A stretch of 45,225 nt of DNA from positions 1 through 45,225 of the forward strand of contig JAFGGT010000031.1 in NCBI GenBank assembly GCA_016930445.1, read 5' to 3'. Below, piece by piece: positions 26,816 to 33,895 of this stretch. Made by a program: the position numbers and the translations under genes. The notes below the pieces were generated by a model that saw nothing but the letters and a program-made list of their open reading frames with translations, was not told the origin of the DNA and ran no database searches. Each line of letters starts with the position of its first letter. Position 1 is the stretch's first letter. This DNA is from Candidatus Methanofastidiosia archaeon. GTDB taxonomy: Archaea > Methanobacteriota_B > Thermococci > Methanofastidiosales > NM3.

Positions 26816-28120
26816 TCAGTACAATTTATGCTGTATGGGCGGAACGTAAGTGGTAACCCTCTCGATCTTTCTATCCTGCTCCATGACCCTCTTTATCTGG
26901 GTCACGGGGATACCCATATGTATCTCCTTCGTCCTACCGTATCGGCCCTTGCTCACGACCCTCGCGTTCAAGATCCCCAACATGTCCAGCTCAGAAATTA
27001 TATCTGAGATCCTCCTCTGTGTGAGGACCTCGCTACAAGAAAGCTTGCATAGGTCCTTGTAGACGTTATAGACCTCTCCGGTCGACATTCCTGAGGGCTC
27101 ATATTTCTCTAGCAGAATACAAGAATATAATATTAGTTTGGATTGTGTAGGCAAGGTCTTCACGACCTCGACTATGCGGTCCTGTTCTATCCTCTCCTTG
27201 GCCTCCCTAACATGCTTTTCGGATATCTTCTTGCTCCTCTCCCTCTCTGCTAGCTCGCCGGCGACCCTAAAGAGGTCCAATGCCCTTCTGGCATCTCCAT
27301 GTTCCTGTGCGGCAAAGGCTGAACAGAGCGGTATTACGCCGGGTTCTATTATCTCCATGTTCCTGCATGCCATTCCTGCCCTCTGGGCAAGTATGTCCTG
27401 CAACTGGACCGCATCGTAAGGCGGGAAGACTATCTCCTCCTCTCCCAGGGAGCTCCTGACCCTTGGGTCCAAGAACTCGATGAAGTTCAGATCGTTGGTA
27501 ATACCGATGATACTAACTCTAGCATTGGTAAGATCAGAATTTATCCTTGTCAAATTATATAGAACCTCATCGCTTCCCTTTCTCAGAAGCTTGTCTATCT
27601 CGTCTAATATTATGACCACAAGCCTCTTCTTTTGGTCCAGGGCGGAGAAGAATGTGTCATATACCTTATCGGTAGGCCAGCCTGTCAATGGGATCGACTG
27701 TCCGAAGTATTCTCCCAATTTCGCAAGCAATCTATATTGGGTGTCGACGACCTCGCAGTTCATATATATGAACCAAACGGAATAATCGTAATGAGTTGTG
27801 GAAACGAATTCTGGGTCTGGCTTGTAGCCCTGGAACGGCTTTGAGAAGTAATGTCCACCAATCTTTTTCACTATGGCCTTTCCCACATATTTTACAACGG
27901 CGGTCTTGCCTGTCCCTGTCTTGCCGTATACGAAGATGTTGGACGGAGTTTCGCCCTTGAAGGCTGAAACGAGTATTGATGCAAGCTCCTCGATCTGGTG
28001 TTGCCTGTGTGGCAGTTGTTCCGGTGTATAGGAATGTCGAAGCACTTCCTTGTTGCTCAGTATCTGTTCAGTGTTCAGCAGTTTATCAAATAGGCTGTCT
28101 AGACTCTTCTGGTTTTTCAT
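26816..28120 (-). CDS. cdc6: Orc1/Cdc6 replication initiator
   Basis: Walker A is GKTGTGKT and Walker B is VVIILDEID. It has an AAA+ lid and a C-terminal winged helix. The N-terminus contains L...Y.PEQLPHRQHQIEEL. It lies immediately next to the ORB-containing spacer. Confidence 0.95.
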   Translation of the reverse strand: MKNQKSLDSLFDKLLNTEQILSNKEVLRHSYTPEQLPHRQHQIEELASILVSAFKGETPSNIFVYGKTGTGKTAVVKYVGKAIVKKIGGHYFSKPFQGYKPDPEFVSTTHYDYSVWFIYMNCEVVDTQYRLLAKLGEYFGQSIPLTGWPTDKVYDTFFSALDQKKRLVVIILDEIDKLLRKGSDEVLYNLTRINSDLTNARVSIIGITNDLNFIEFLDPRVRSSLGEEEIVFPPYDAVQLQDILAQRAGMACRNMEIIEPGVIPLCSAFAAQEHGDARRALDLFRVAGELAERERSKKISEKHVREAKERIEQDRIVEVVKTLPTQSKLILYSCILLEKYEPSGMSTGEVYNVYKDLCKLSCSEVLTQRRISDIISELDMLGILNARVVSKGRYGRTKEIHMGIPVTQIKRVMEQDRKIERVTTYVPPIQHKLY

Positions 28121-28125
28121 TAATG

Positions 28126-28148
28126 CACCAATTCCACTAGAAATGGTG
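28126..28148. repeat. Imperfect 23-bp dyad CACCAATTCCACTAGAAATGGTG with mini-ORB-like core (TTCCACTAGAAA)
   Basis: Nine of 11 arm pairs are symmetric. The core resembles the TTCCACTGGA core of the ORBs. It lies 6 bp upstream of the cdc6 ATG. Confidence 0.45.
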
Positions 28149-28168
28149 CTTTTTATATATTTCTATAT

Positions 28169-28188
28169 CCCCTTTGTTTCCACTGGAG
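28169..28188 (-). repeat. ORB1 (minus-strand reading CTCCAGTGGAAACAAAGGGG)
   Basis: It has the TCCAGTGGA dyad, AAAC and a G-string, as in the ORB consensus described for Sulfolobus and Pyrococcus origins. Confidence 0.8.
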
Positions 28189-28243
28189 ATTTAACTTATA
28201 TTATCATTTAATAATTTATTTTAAAATATATAAATTGCACTCC

Positions 28244-28263
28244 GCCCTTTGTTTCCACTGGAA
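28244..28263 (-). repeat. ORB2 (minus-strand reading TTCCAGTGGAAACAAAGGGC)
   Basis: It is identical to ORB1 at 18 of 20 positions, has the same orientation, and starts 75 bp from the ORB1 start. Confidence 0.8.
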
Positions 28264-28404
28264 CATTTTAAAGAGAAATTCGAATTTTCGACGATTTTTC
28301 TAACCAAATTTGGCGATGGTAGATAAATTTATATATAACAATGCGGATAAGCATTATAACCATTTTTTTTAACTATAAAAATTATGTACAATTTTTATTT
28401 TGGA

Positions 28405-28424
28405 CTCCATTGGAAATGAAGGGG
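28405..28424 (+). repeat. ORB3, inverted orientation (CTCCATTGGAAATGAAGGGG)
   Basis: It matches ORB1 at 17 of 20 positions but lies on the opposite strand. It is separated from ORB2 by a 141-bp AT-rich tract, which is the candidate duplex unwinding element. Confidence 0.75.
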
Positions 28425-28478
28425 TGGGTCTAGTCTTATTTAATAAGCTTTATTAATAAATAAAAATAATGTGAGTCT

Positions 28479-29123
28479 ATGGGCGAAGAAGTGGTGTATG
28501 ACAAGCTAAATCATTTTCTTTTGATACCTCACGGCATTAGACTATACTCGAAGAAATTGAACTGTTCGATTATAGACGCATATGATGCCACTTCAATAGT
28601 GTTCAAGGATATCGTCAAATGGGTGATGATAGATCATGACATCGATGAGTTCTCATTCCTTGGCCTTACACTGAACGCCATGCAGACCAGAAGCCATGAG
28701 GAACTTACTCCAGTGATAGAAGTTGAGTCCACTGTTTACGAGGATCCGGATTTCATAGAGTTCCTTAGGGACAATGATATCAGGGTCCAGTTTTACTGGA
28801 ACTTCTCCAAGCTGCCTAAGTACTATATACGGGCAATGAAGAATCTTGAGCGGATGACGGAAAACTGTAAGACGAAGAAACTAAACATACTGATCGGTTA
28901 CGGACTCGGAAAGAAGAGCCTTTTTGAGAAGATTAAAAAGAAGCTTTTCAGGGACCTATTCACGACCAATCCGCCCCAATTGATCGTCAGTACGGCAGGA
29001 AAGGAGATAAACACGTTCTTTGATTACGTTCCGGAAACTACCAAGACATTGGTTGTCAGCACGCTGTTTCCAGAACTTACCCAGAGGGATTTCGATACTT
29101 ACGTGAACTATTATCGAGACTAG
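28479..29123 (+). CDS. Hypothetical protein, divergent cis-prenyltransferase (UPPS)-fold paralog lacking the catalytic residues
   Basis: The 214-aa product starts with ATG. Block-wise colinearity with E. coli UPPS as I remember it:
- HFLLIPHGIRLYSKKL against HVAIIMDGNGRWAKKQ.
- DIDEFSFLGLTLNAMQ against GIEALTLYAFSSEN.
- DIRVQFYWNFSKLP against NVRLRIIGDTSRF.
- KLNILIGYGLGKKS against TLNIAANYGGRWD.
- PPQLIVSTAGKEINTFF against PVDLVIRTGGEHRISNF.

The equivalents of catalytic Asp26, Arg194 and Arg200 are substituted. By eye the gene is more AT-rich than its neighbours. Confidence 0.6.
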   Translation: MGEEVVYDKLNHFLLIPHGIRLYSKKLNCSIIDAYDATSIVFKDIVKWVMIDHDIDEFSFLGLTLNAMQTRSHEELTPVIEVESTVYEDPDFIEFLRDNDIRVQFYWNFSKLPKYYIRAMKNLERMTENCKTKKLNILIGYGLGKKSLFEKIKKKLFRDLFTTNPPQLIVSTAGKEINTFFDYVPETTKTLVVSTLFPELTQRDFDTYVNYYRD

Positions 29124-30343
29124 GGCTTGGCCATCGACTCGACAATATCCAGAATCTTTTTCTTATATCCATCATAATCGTATGATAGCTTGGAAGTGCT
29201 CTTATCGTAATATCTACTTTCAAGCGATACGCTTTGCTCCGTGTAGTGATTCATGTACGGAACAGGATATCTGTCGTTATTGTGATTTGACACTGACTTG
29301 CAGTGGTAAACGTATTTGTTGCTCACATCGGGAATGTCCAAGAGCGAGGATATCCTGTGCATGAACATCGGATGGCTCCTGATATGGGCGCACCAATATA
29401 CATCTCCTGCATCCTCATTGTTCAGCGACCTCACAAGTGACCCCGATATCAGCGTCCTTATGCCTGCACCTATGTTGGCTGCAAGCCTCTTGGTCTCCTC
29501 CAGCCCCCGTCCCTTCAAGATCAAGAAGAAATACGAGCAAAGGTGTTTAGGAAGAGGATATACCAGGTAGAACTTCCTTATGATATCGTTCTTGACCATC
29601 TTCTCGTAGGAGTATCGCCAGGAGTTGTAGCCCCAAACGAATGGCCTGTTGCCGCCATCGTCCTCCAACTTGGCATCGTGTTTCATTATCTTGGACAACT
29701 CGCCCTTGAAGAATCCGGATTGTAGGTACATCAATAGCCTAGTATCTATCTCCGAAAGCTTGAACTTGCCCTCCTCACTAGAAAAATCCTGTTCAAGATA
29801 GGCATTATCGAGGCTCAGCATAGGACTGTCGTATTCAGTTTCGTCCCCACGCTCTGAGAAGAACCTGGGATTGACGGTACAAAGATTGTTTTCGAGCTCA
29901 TATATAGAATAATAATGTATGACCCCATGGTCCACAAGGGCATCGAAGATGCTTGTTATCTTTTCGTGATCGGTAGAGTATATCCCTACTATCATCTCAT
30001 TGAAAGTGCTCTCCTGAAGAGGATAGAAAAAGCTCCAAGACTCGATCCTCATCAGCAACCTTATCATGAAATCGTAGCTCTCGCTCTTTTGGAACATGAT
30101 GAAGATCAAAAGCCTCTTGACCGGAGGGGTGCTGATCCTCCTAAGGTCTATGTAGTGGTAGGGGCCGGCAAGGTACCCCTTCTCCTCCAGGATGTTGGCC
30201 TTCACAGTGGAAACATAGTTGTAGTACTTGAACCCGACCAGCTTGGCCATCTCACGTTCGGTGAGCTCAGGGCGGTGGCCATACAGGTCCAATAGCTTCT
30301 TTTGAGATACGCTAAGAGTGTTATTATATGGCAAGAATAACAC
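29120..30343 (-). CDS. Hypothetical protein (407 aa) with apparent internal duplication of a wHTH plus alpha/beta (Lrp/AsnC-RAM-like) module
   Basis: The GTG start lies 7 nt downstream of the rpa32 stop. Module 1 is LSVSQKKLLDLYGHRPELTEREMAKLVG...RLLIFIMFQK.... Module 2 is LSEIDTRLLMYLQSGFFKGELSKIMK...SYFFLILKGRG.... Its stop overlaps the stop of the convergent 214-aa gene within the tetranucleotide CTAG (29120-29123). Confidence 0.65.
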   Translation of the reverse strand: MLFLPYNNTLSVSQKKLLDLYGHRPELTEREMAKLVGFKYYNYVSTVKANILEEKGYLAGPYHYIDLRRISTPPVKRLLIFIMFQKSESYDFMIRLLMRIESWSFFYPLQESTFNEMIVGIYSTDHEKITSIFDALVDHGVIHYYSIYELENNLCTVNPRFFSERGDETEYDSPMLSLDNAYLEQDFSSEEGKFKLSEIDTRLLMYLQSGFFKGELSKIMKHDAKLEDDGGNRPFVWGYNSWRYSYEKMVKNDIIRKFYLVYPLPKHLCSYFFLILKGRGLEETKRLAANIGAGIRTLISGSLVRSLNNEDAGDVYWCAHIRSHPMFMHRISSLLDIPDVSNKYVYHCKSVSNHNNDRYPVPYMNHYTEQSVSLESRYYDKSTSKLSYDYDGYKKKILDIVESMAKP

Positions 30344-30350
30344 CGTGAGG

Positions 30351-31121
30351 TCATGCGATCATATATCTTCCGACGCTGGGTTCGAATATATCACCGACGC
30401 TCAGAAGGGACCGTACCCCCTCCTCGACCTCGGCGGATGTGAAATCTGGGTCAAGCTCGGCTATCAGCACATCGAGGTCCACTCCGCTCTCCCCGTCCTG
30501 CAACATTTCCAATGTCTCGAGGATCTTCTTCTTGACGATCTCAAGCTTTTGCACGTCTACGGAATCCTCTTCCTGCTTTCCCAAGATGTAATCAAGCTCG
30601 TCCAGCCCATTTATCAGGTCTGGGTCTATCCCCCTCTCAGGGGCCTCGTCTATCGCGTTCCTGACGTCCCCGACGTCCTGTAGCAGCGTCCTGGCCTCTG
30701 TGGACTTCTTCATGAAGCGCAGGTATCTCAATAATGTCTCGGCCCTTGCCAGAAGCATCATTTGTGGCTCTACCTTGGATATCGCCTCGACGGTGAGCTG
30801 TTTCGTGTCCTGCCATTCGTGGGGTTTGCCTATCAATTGCACGATGTCGCCTGTACTTAGCTTTTTGAACAATGCGGCCTTCTCCCTGAACGCCGATGCC
30901 CAGACGACTGCGCTCGAGTCATCTATAAGGATCCTAGCATAGGAGTTGTCGTCACTATGGTAAGGTCCAGCGACTATGGTCGCCACTATCTTTGCCCGAA
31001 AGACCTTCTCTCCAAAGGGCGATAAGAGATAATTTGGTTCGAAGTCGCCCTCGTTCTTGACAAAGAATCCCTCGCCTATCTCTGATAGGTACATTCTCTT
31101 GGCGGGAACCCTCTTTTTCAT
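30351..31121 (-). CDS. Replication protein A, RPA32-like subunit (OB fold plus C-terminal winged helix)
   Basis: The ATG at 31121 forms an ATGA overlap with the rpa14 stop and has a GGAGGAG SD 6 nt upstream. The OB core is RAKIVATIV...ARILIDDSSAVVWASAF...GDIVQLIGK. The C-terminal wH is VRSLLSVGDIFEPSVGRYMIA. Confidence 0.7.
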   Translation of the reverse strand: MKKRVPAKRMYLSEIGEGFFVKNEGDFEPNYLLSPFGEKVFRAKIVATIVAGPYHSDDNSYARILIDDSSAVVWASAFREKAALFKKLSTGDIVQLIGKPHEWQDTKQLTVEAISKVEPQMMLLARAETLLRYLRFMKKSTEARTLLQDVGDVRNAIDEAPERGIDPDLINGLDELDYILGKQEEDSVDVQKLEIVKKKILETLEMLQDGESGVDLDVLIAELDPDFTSAEVEEGVRSLLSVGDIFEPSVGRYMIA

Positions 31122-31426
31122 CTTCTCTCCTCCCATTCTAGCAGTTTCTTATACAGTGAGAGGTCAACATCCGAAAAATCCTGCACGATATCAGCGTTGA
31201 TGCCCTTCCCGTTCTCGAACGGCCGCCCTATGACCCTTATCACCTTGCCAACGTTGTAGAGCCTTTCAACAAAGGCCGTCACTTGGCCTGTGCCGTCGTC
31301 CAAGAGCATTGTGTACTCCCTTGGGTTATTCGATACGACGGTGGCTATCACGCTCACGCACTTGTCGTCATCGTGTATTTCGGATATCTTTCGGTCTATG
31401 GCAGGTGTTCTAATCATTGAACTCAT
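31118..31426 (-). CDS. Replication protein A, RPA14-like small OB-fold subunit
   Basis: The product is about 100 aa with a single OB fold (VSVIATVVSN...MLLDDGTGQVTAFV...GKVIRVIGRP). It overlaps the rpa41 3' end. The ATG at 31417 has better SD spacing than the one at 31426. Confidence 0.65.
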   Translation of the reverse strand: MSSMIRTPAIDRKISEIHDDDKCVSVIATVVSNNPREYTMLLDDGTGQVTAFVERLYNVGKVIRVIGRPFENGKGINADIVQDFSDVDLSLYKKLLEWEERR

Positions 31427-32459
31427 CCTCCAGCTCTTGGAAGATCATCGTCGTCTCATATTCGAAGTCTATGGGCTTCACATCGAACACGTTGATGACC
31501 AGCCCTTTGAACTCGGTCTCGTTGACGGACCCGGATATGAGTATCTCCCTTCCCAAGAGATCCGGCTTGTTCTCCATAAGGTATTCAAGTCCCACGTTCT
31601 TTGGATTGAAGCCCGCGTCCAGAAAGCTCTGAACGTCCCTTGCAACGGAATCGGGCGCCTCGCTTATGAGCTCTGCGGCGCTGTCTCCGAAGAATATGGC
31701 CCTGGAATGACCATATCCGTCGTCTAGCCCTATCTCTATTACCATCGACTTGTTCGGGGTCGTCCTGGTCTTGCAGTGCTCACAGTAATAGTAGTTGTTC
31801 GTGGTCTTGATGAGTCCCCTGTTGCATTCCGGGCATGAGTCGTAGGTTGTCAATCTGTACAGGTTTGATATGGTTGCTCGTATCTCTATCGATCGGTCGC
31901 CAGGGCTGATCTCGTCCAGATGTTTGCGAGTTATCTGTCTTTTGCTGCTTATCATGAGGTCCTTGTACTTCTTTTCATCCTCGACCACTAGCCTCCCCTT
32001 TGGCCCGAGTCCCAGTTGCACCCCCGAGGGCCCTTGAGAGGATACTATGTCTAAAAGCCTTAGGATGTTGCCATTGTGGACCTTATTGTAATATTGGTCT
32101 ACCTCCCTGTCCCAGAGAGTGAGAAATACCTTTCCGGTCTGGTCGCCTAGAAGGATCGATTGCCTCTTTCCTTTCCTGTCCCCTCTTTGAAATTCCTTCT
32201 CATCATATAACTTTATTACTTTTACAAGTAGAGAGAGATTCGAAAGCCCGGGCTGTAGCCCTTCAATTGTCAACTTTGGTTCCTCCACGGCTTCCCTAAT
32301 GCCGTGTTCGGCCGCTATGAGTGCGTAAAGGCCCTCCTCGGTCACATGGGGCCCAAGCGCCTTTCTTTTCTCTGAGATGAGCCCCTCTATCTTTTCCTCG
32401 CAATAGCCTTTTTCAGCCAATCTTTTCAAAAGGTCCTCTTTCTTCACGTAGTCCACCAT
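31410..32459 (-). CDS. Replication protein A, large subunit (RPA41-like; OB folds plus Cys4 zinc ribbon)
   Basis: The start is probably the ATG at 32459 (MVDYVKKEDLL...). The track extension upstream is AT-rich promoter sequence. The OB folds include RQSILLGDQTGKVFLTLWD, and the zinc ribbon is CPECNRGL...CEHCK. Confidence 0.85.
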   Translation of the reverse strand: MVDYVKKEDLLKRLAEKGYCEEKIEGLISEKRKALGPHVTEEGLYALIAAEHGIREAVEEPKLTIEGLQPGLSNLSLLVKVIKLYDEKEFQRGDRKGKRQSILLGDQTGKVFLTLWDREVDQYYNKVHNGNILRLLDIVSSQGPSGVQLGLGPKGRLVVEDEKKYKDLMISSKRQITRKHLDEISPGDRSIEIRATISNLYRLTTYDSCPECNRGLIKTTNNYYYCEHCKTRTTPNKSMVIEIGLDDGYGHSRAIFFGDSAAELISEAPDSVARDVQSFLDAGFNPKNVGLEYLMENKPDLLGREILISGSVNETEFKGLVINVFDVKPIDFEYETTMIFQELEDEFND

Positions 32460-32543
32460 ATCAAGGAATGTTATTAAATGCCTATTTTCAATATATATAA
32501 ATTTATAGCAAATATTTAAATGTAACAATGTAAAAAAATTAGT

Positions 32544-33830
32544 GTGAACTGTTATCTGCTCCGTTATTCAGAAATAGGCCTTAAATCCTATCAAACGCGC
32601 AAGCGATGGCTCGAAACGCTAAAAAGGAACGTTCAGAAGGGCCTATTTTGGAGTGATGTTGAATATAGCAGGCTGGACATAGTCCAGGGAAGGCTGATAC
32701 TCTATTCCGAGGACAGCAATGCGGAAAAGGTGCTTGAGAAGGTATTTGGCCTCGTGTCATTCTCACCCGCGACCGAGACGAGGGCCGACATCGGCGAGAT
32801 AAAGGACGTCGCCCTGAGCATCTACGATGAAACTCGCCCTGGATCCTTTAGGGTCACATCGCAAAGGGTCACAAAGGAGTTTTGCATGACCTCGATCGAG
32901 ATAAATCAGTGTGTAGGGGAGGCCGTATACGAATCGGGCGGAAAGGTCGACCTTAGGAACTTCGAGCTTAACATTGGCATAGAGATAATAGGCGACAAGG
33001 CATACACGTTCTATAATACTTTCCGGGGACCAGGGGGCCTTCCGATCGGCGTTCAGGGAACCGGTTGCGCGATAGTGAGGGATTTCAAGGATTTCGCCTC
33101 TTGCCTGCTCTTCATGAAAAGAGGATGCATGGTCGATCTGATAGTTCTCAGCTCTCCAATGGCCAGCACCTACATCGACATATTGCAGGGATACGCGTTC
33201 GAGGGGCTGAAGATCCTATTGATAGATAAGGAATGGCAGATCATGCCCGCGATGCAAAGGTACCTTGATGCCGGGATCGAGATCTTTGTGACGGCCGAGC
33301 CTTTGGAGTCCCCTGAGAACATGGTGAATCTTTGCCCAACAGAGCTTTACACCATCGAGGAGGCCCGGGCAGCGCTCGAAGAGTGCAATCTTTCGGATGT
33401 GCCCGACCCGGTCAACGATTATAGGATCTCCGCGGGATGCGTTATCTATTACAATGACACGATACTTCTCCTAAGGAGGAAGGCAGAAAAGACATGGGTG
33501 CTGCCAAAGGGCGGTGTTGACGGCATGGAGTACTTCAGGGATGCTGCCATGAGGGAGGCCTGCGAGGAATCGGGCGCGTGCAATCTGGACTTCAAGCACT
33601 ATATCGGAAAGTCGCATTACTCCTCGAAGGACAGGCACGGACAATTCACGAAGGACGTGTACTATTACTTATGCTATTCAAAGAAGTTCGAGGTCGCGCT
33701 GGAGTACTTATTTGACTCATATACAATGCTTCCTGCGGCTGAGGCGATAGATCTCCTCACTTTCGAGAACGACAAGAAGATAGTCAGGAAGGCCGAGAAG
33801 ATACGAAAGGCCGCCGATAGAAATGTTTAA
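32544..33830 (+). CDS. ThiI-like THUMP protein with degenerate PP-loop domain fused to a C-terminal Nudix hydrolase
   Basis: - The GTG start lies about 27 nt downstream of a TTTAAA box.
- The N-terminus YLLRYSEIGLKS...FRVTSQRVTKEF...VDLRNFELNIGIEI is the ThiI NFLD-THUMP pattern.
- The position of the PP-loop SGGxDS reads VRDFKDFAS (33063-33101).
- The C-terminus carries GGVDGMEYFRDAAMREACEESGA (33510-33578), an exact fit to the Nudix box GX5EX7REUXEEXGU. Confidence 0.8.
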   Translation: MNCYLLRYSEIGLKSYQTRKRWLETLKRNVQKGLFWSDVEYSRLDIVQGRLILYSEDSNAEKVLEKVFGLVSFSPATETRADIGEIKDVALSIYDETRPGSFRVTSQRVTKEFCMTSIEINQCVGEAVYESGGKVDLRNFELNIGIEIIGDKAYTFYNTFRGPGGLPIGVQGTGCAIVRDFKDFASCLLFMKRGCMVDLIVLSSPMASTYIDILQGYAFEGLKILLIDKEWQIMPAMQRYLDAGIEIFVTAEPLESPENMVNLCPTELYTIEEARAALEECNLSDVPDPVNDYRISAGCVIYYNDTILLLRRKAEKTWVLPKGGVDGMEYFRDAAMREACEESGACNLDFKHYIGKSHYSSKDRHGQFTKDVYYYLCYSKKFEVALEYLFDSYTMLPAAEAIDLLTFENDKKIVRKAEKIRKAADRNV

Positions 33831-33895
33831 AAATCCTATTTTGCGACAAATAGATTTATTAAACGACCTTGAGAATTTTATTCTGTGTGGCTATC

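Larger units (their letters stand above)
28121..28478. other. Predicted chromosomal replication origin (oriC): ORB elements plus AT-rich unwinding tracts
   Basis: The 358-bp spacer is very AT-rich. It carries two direct ORBs, one inverted ORB and a mini-ORB-like dyad, and it lies adjacent to cdc6-polB-polC as in Pyrococcus-type origins. Confidence 0.8.

Noticed and set aside
21884-28120. Inteins in PolD subunits or Cdc6.
   Set aside because: DP2 (1128 aa) and DP1 (510 aa) have normal intein-free lengths with continuous homology. The Cdc6 extra segment is only about 25-30 aa and lacks intein splicing blocks.
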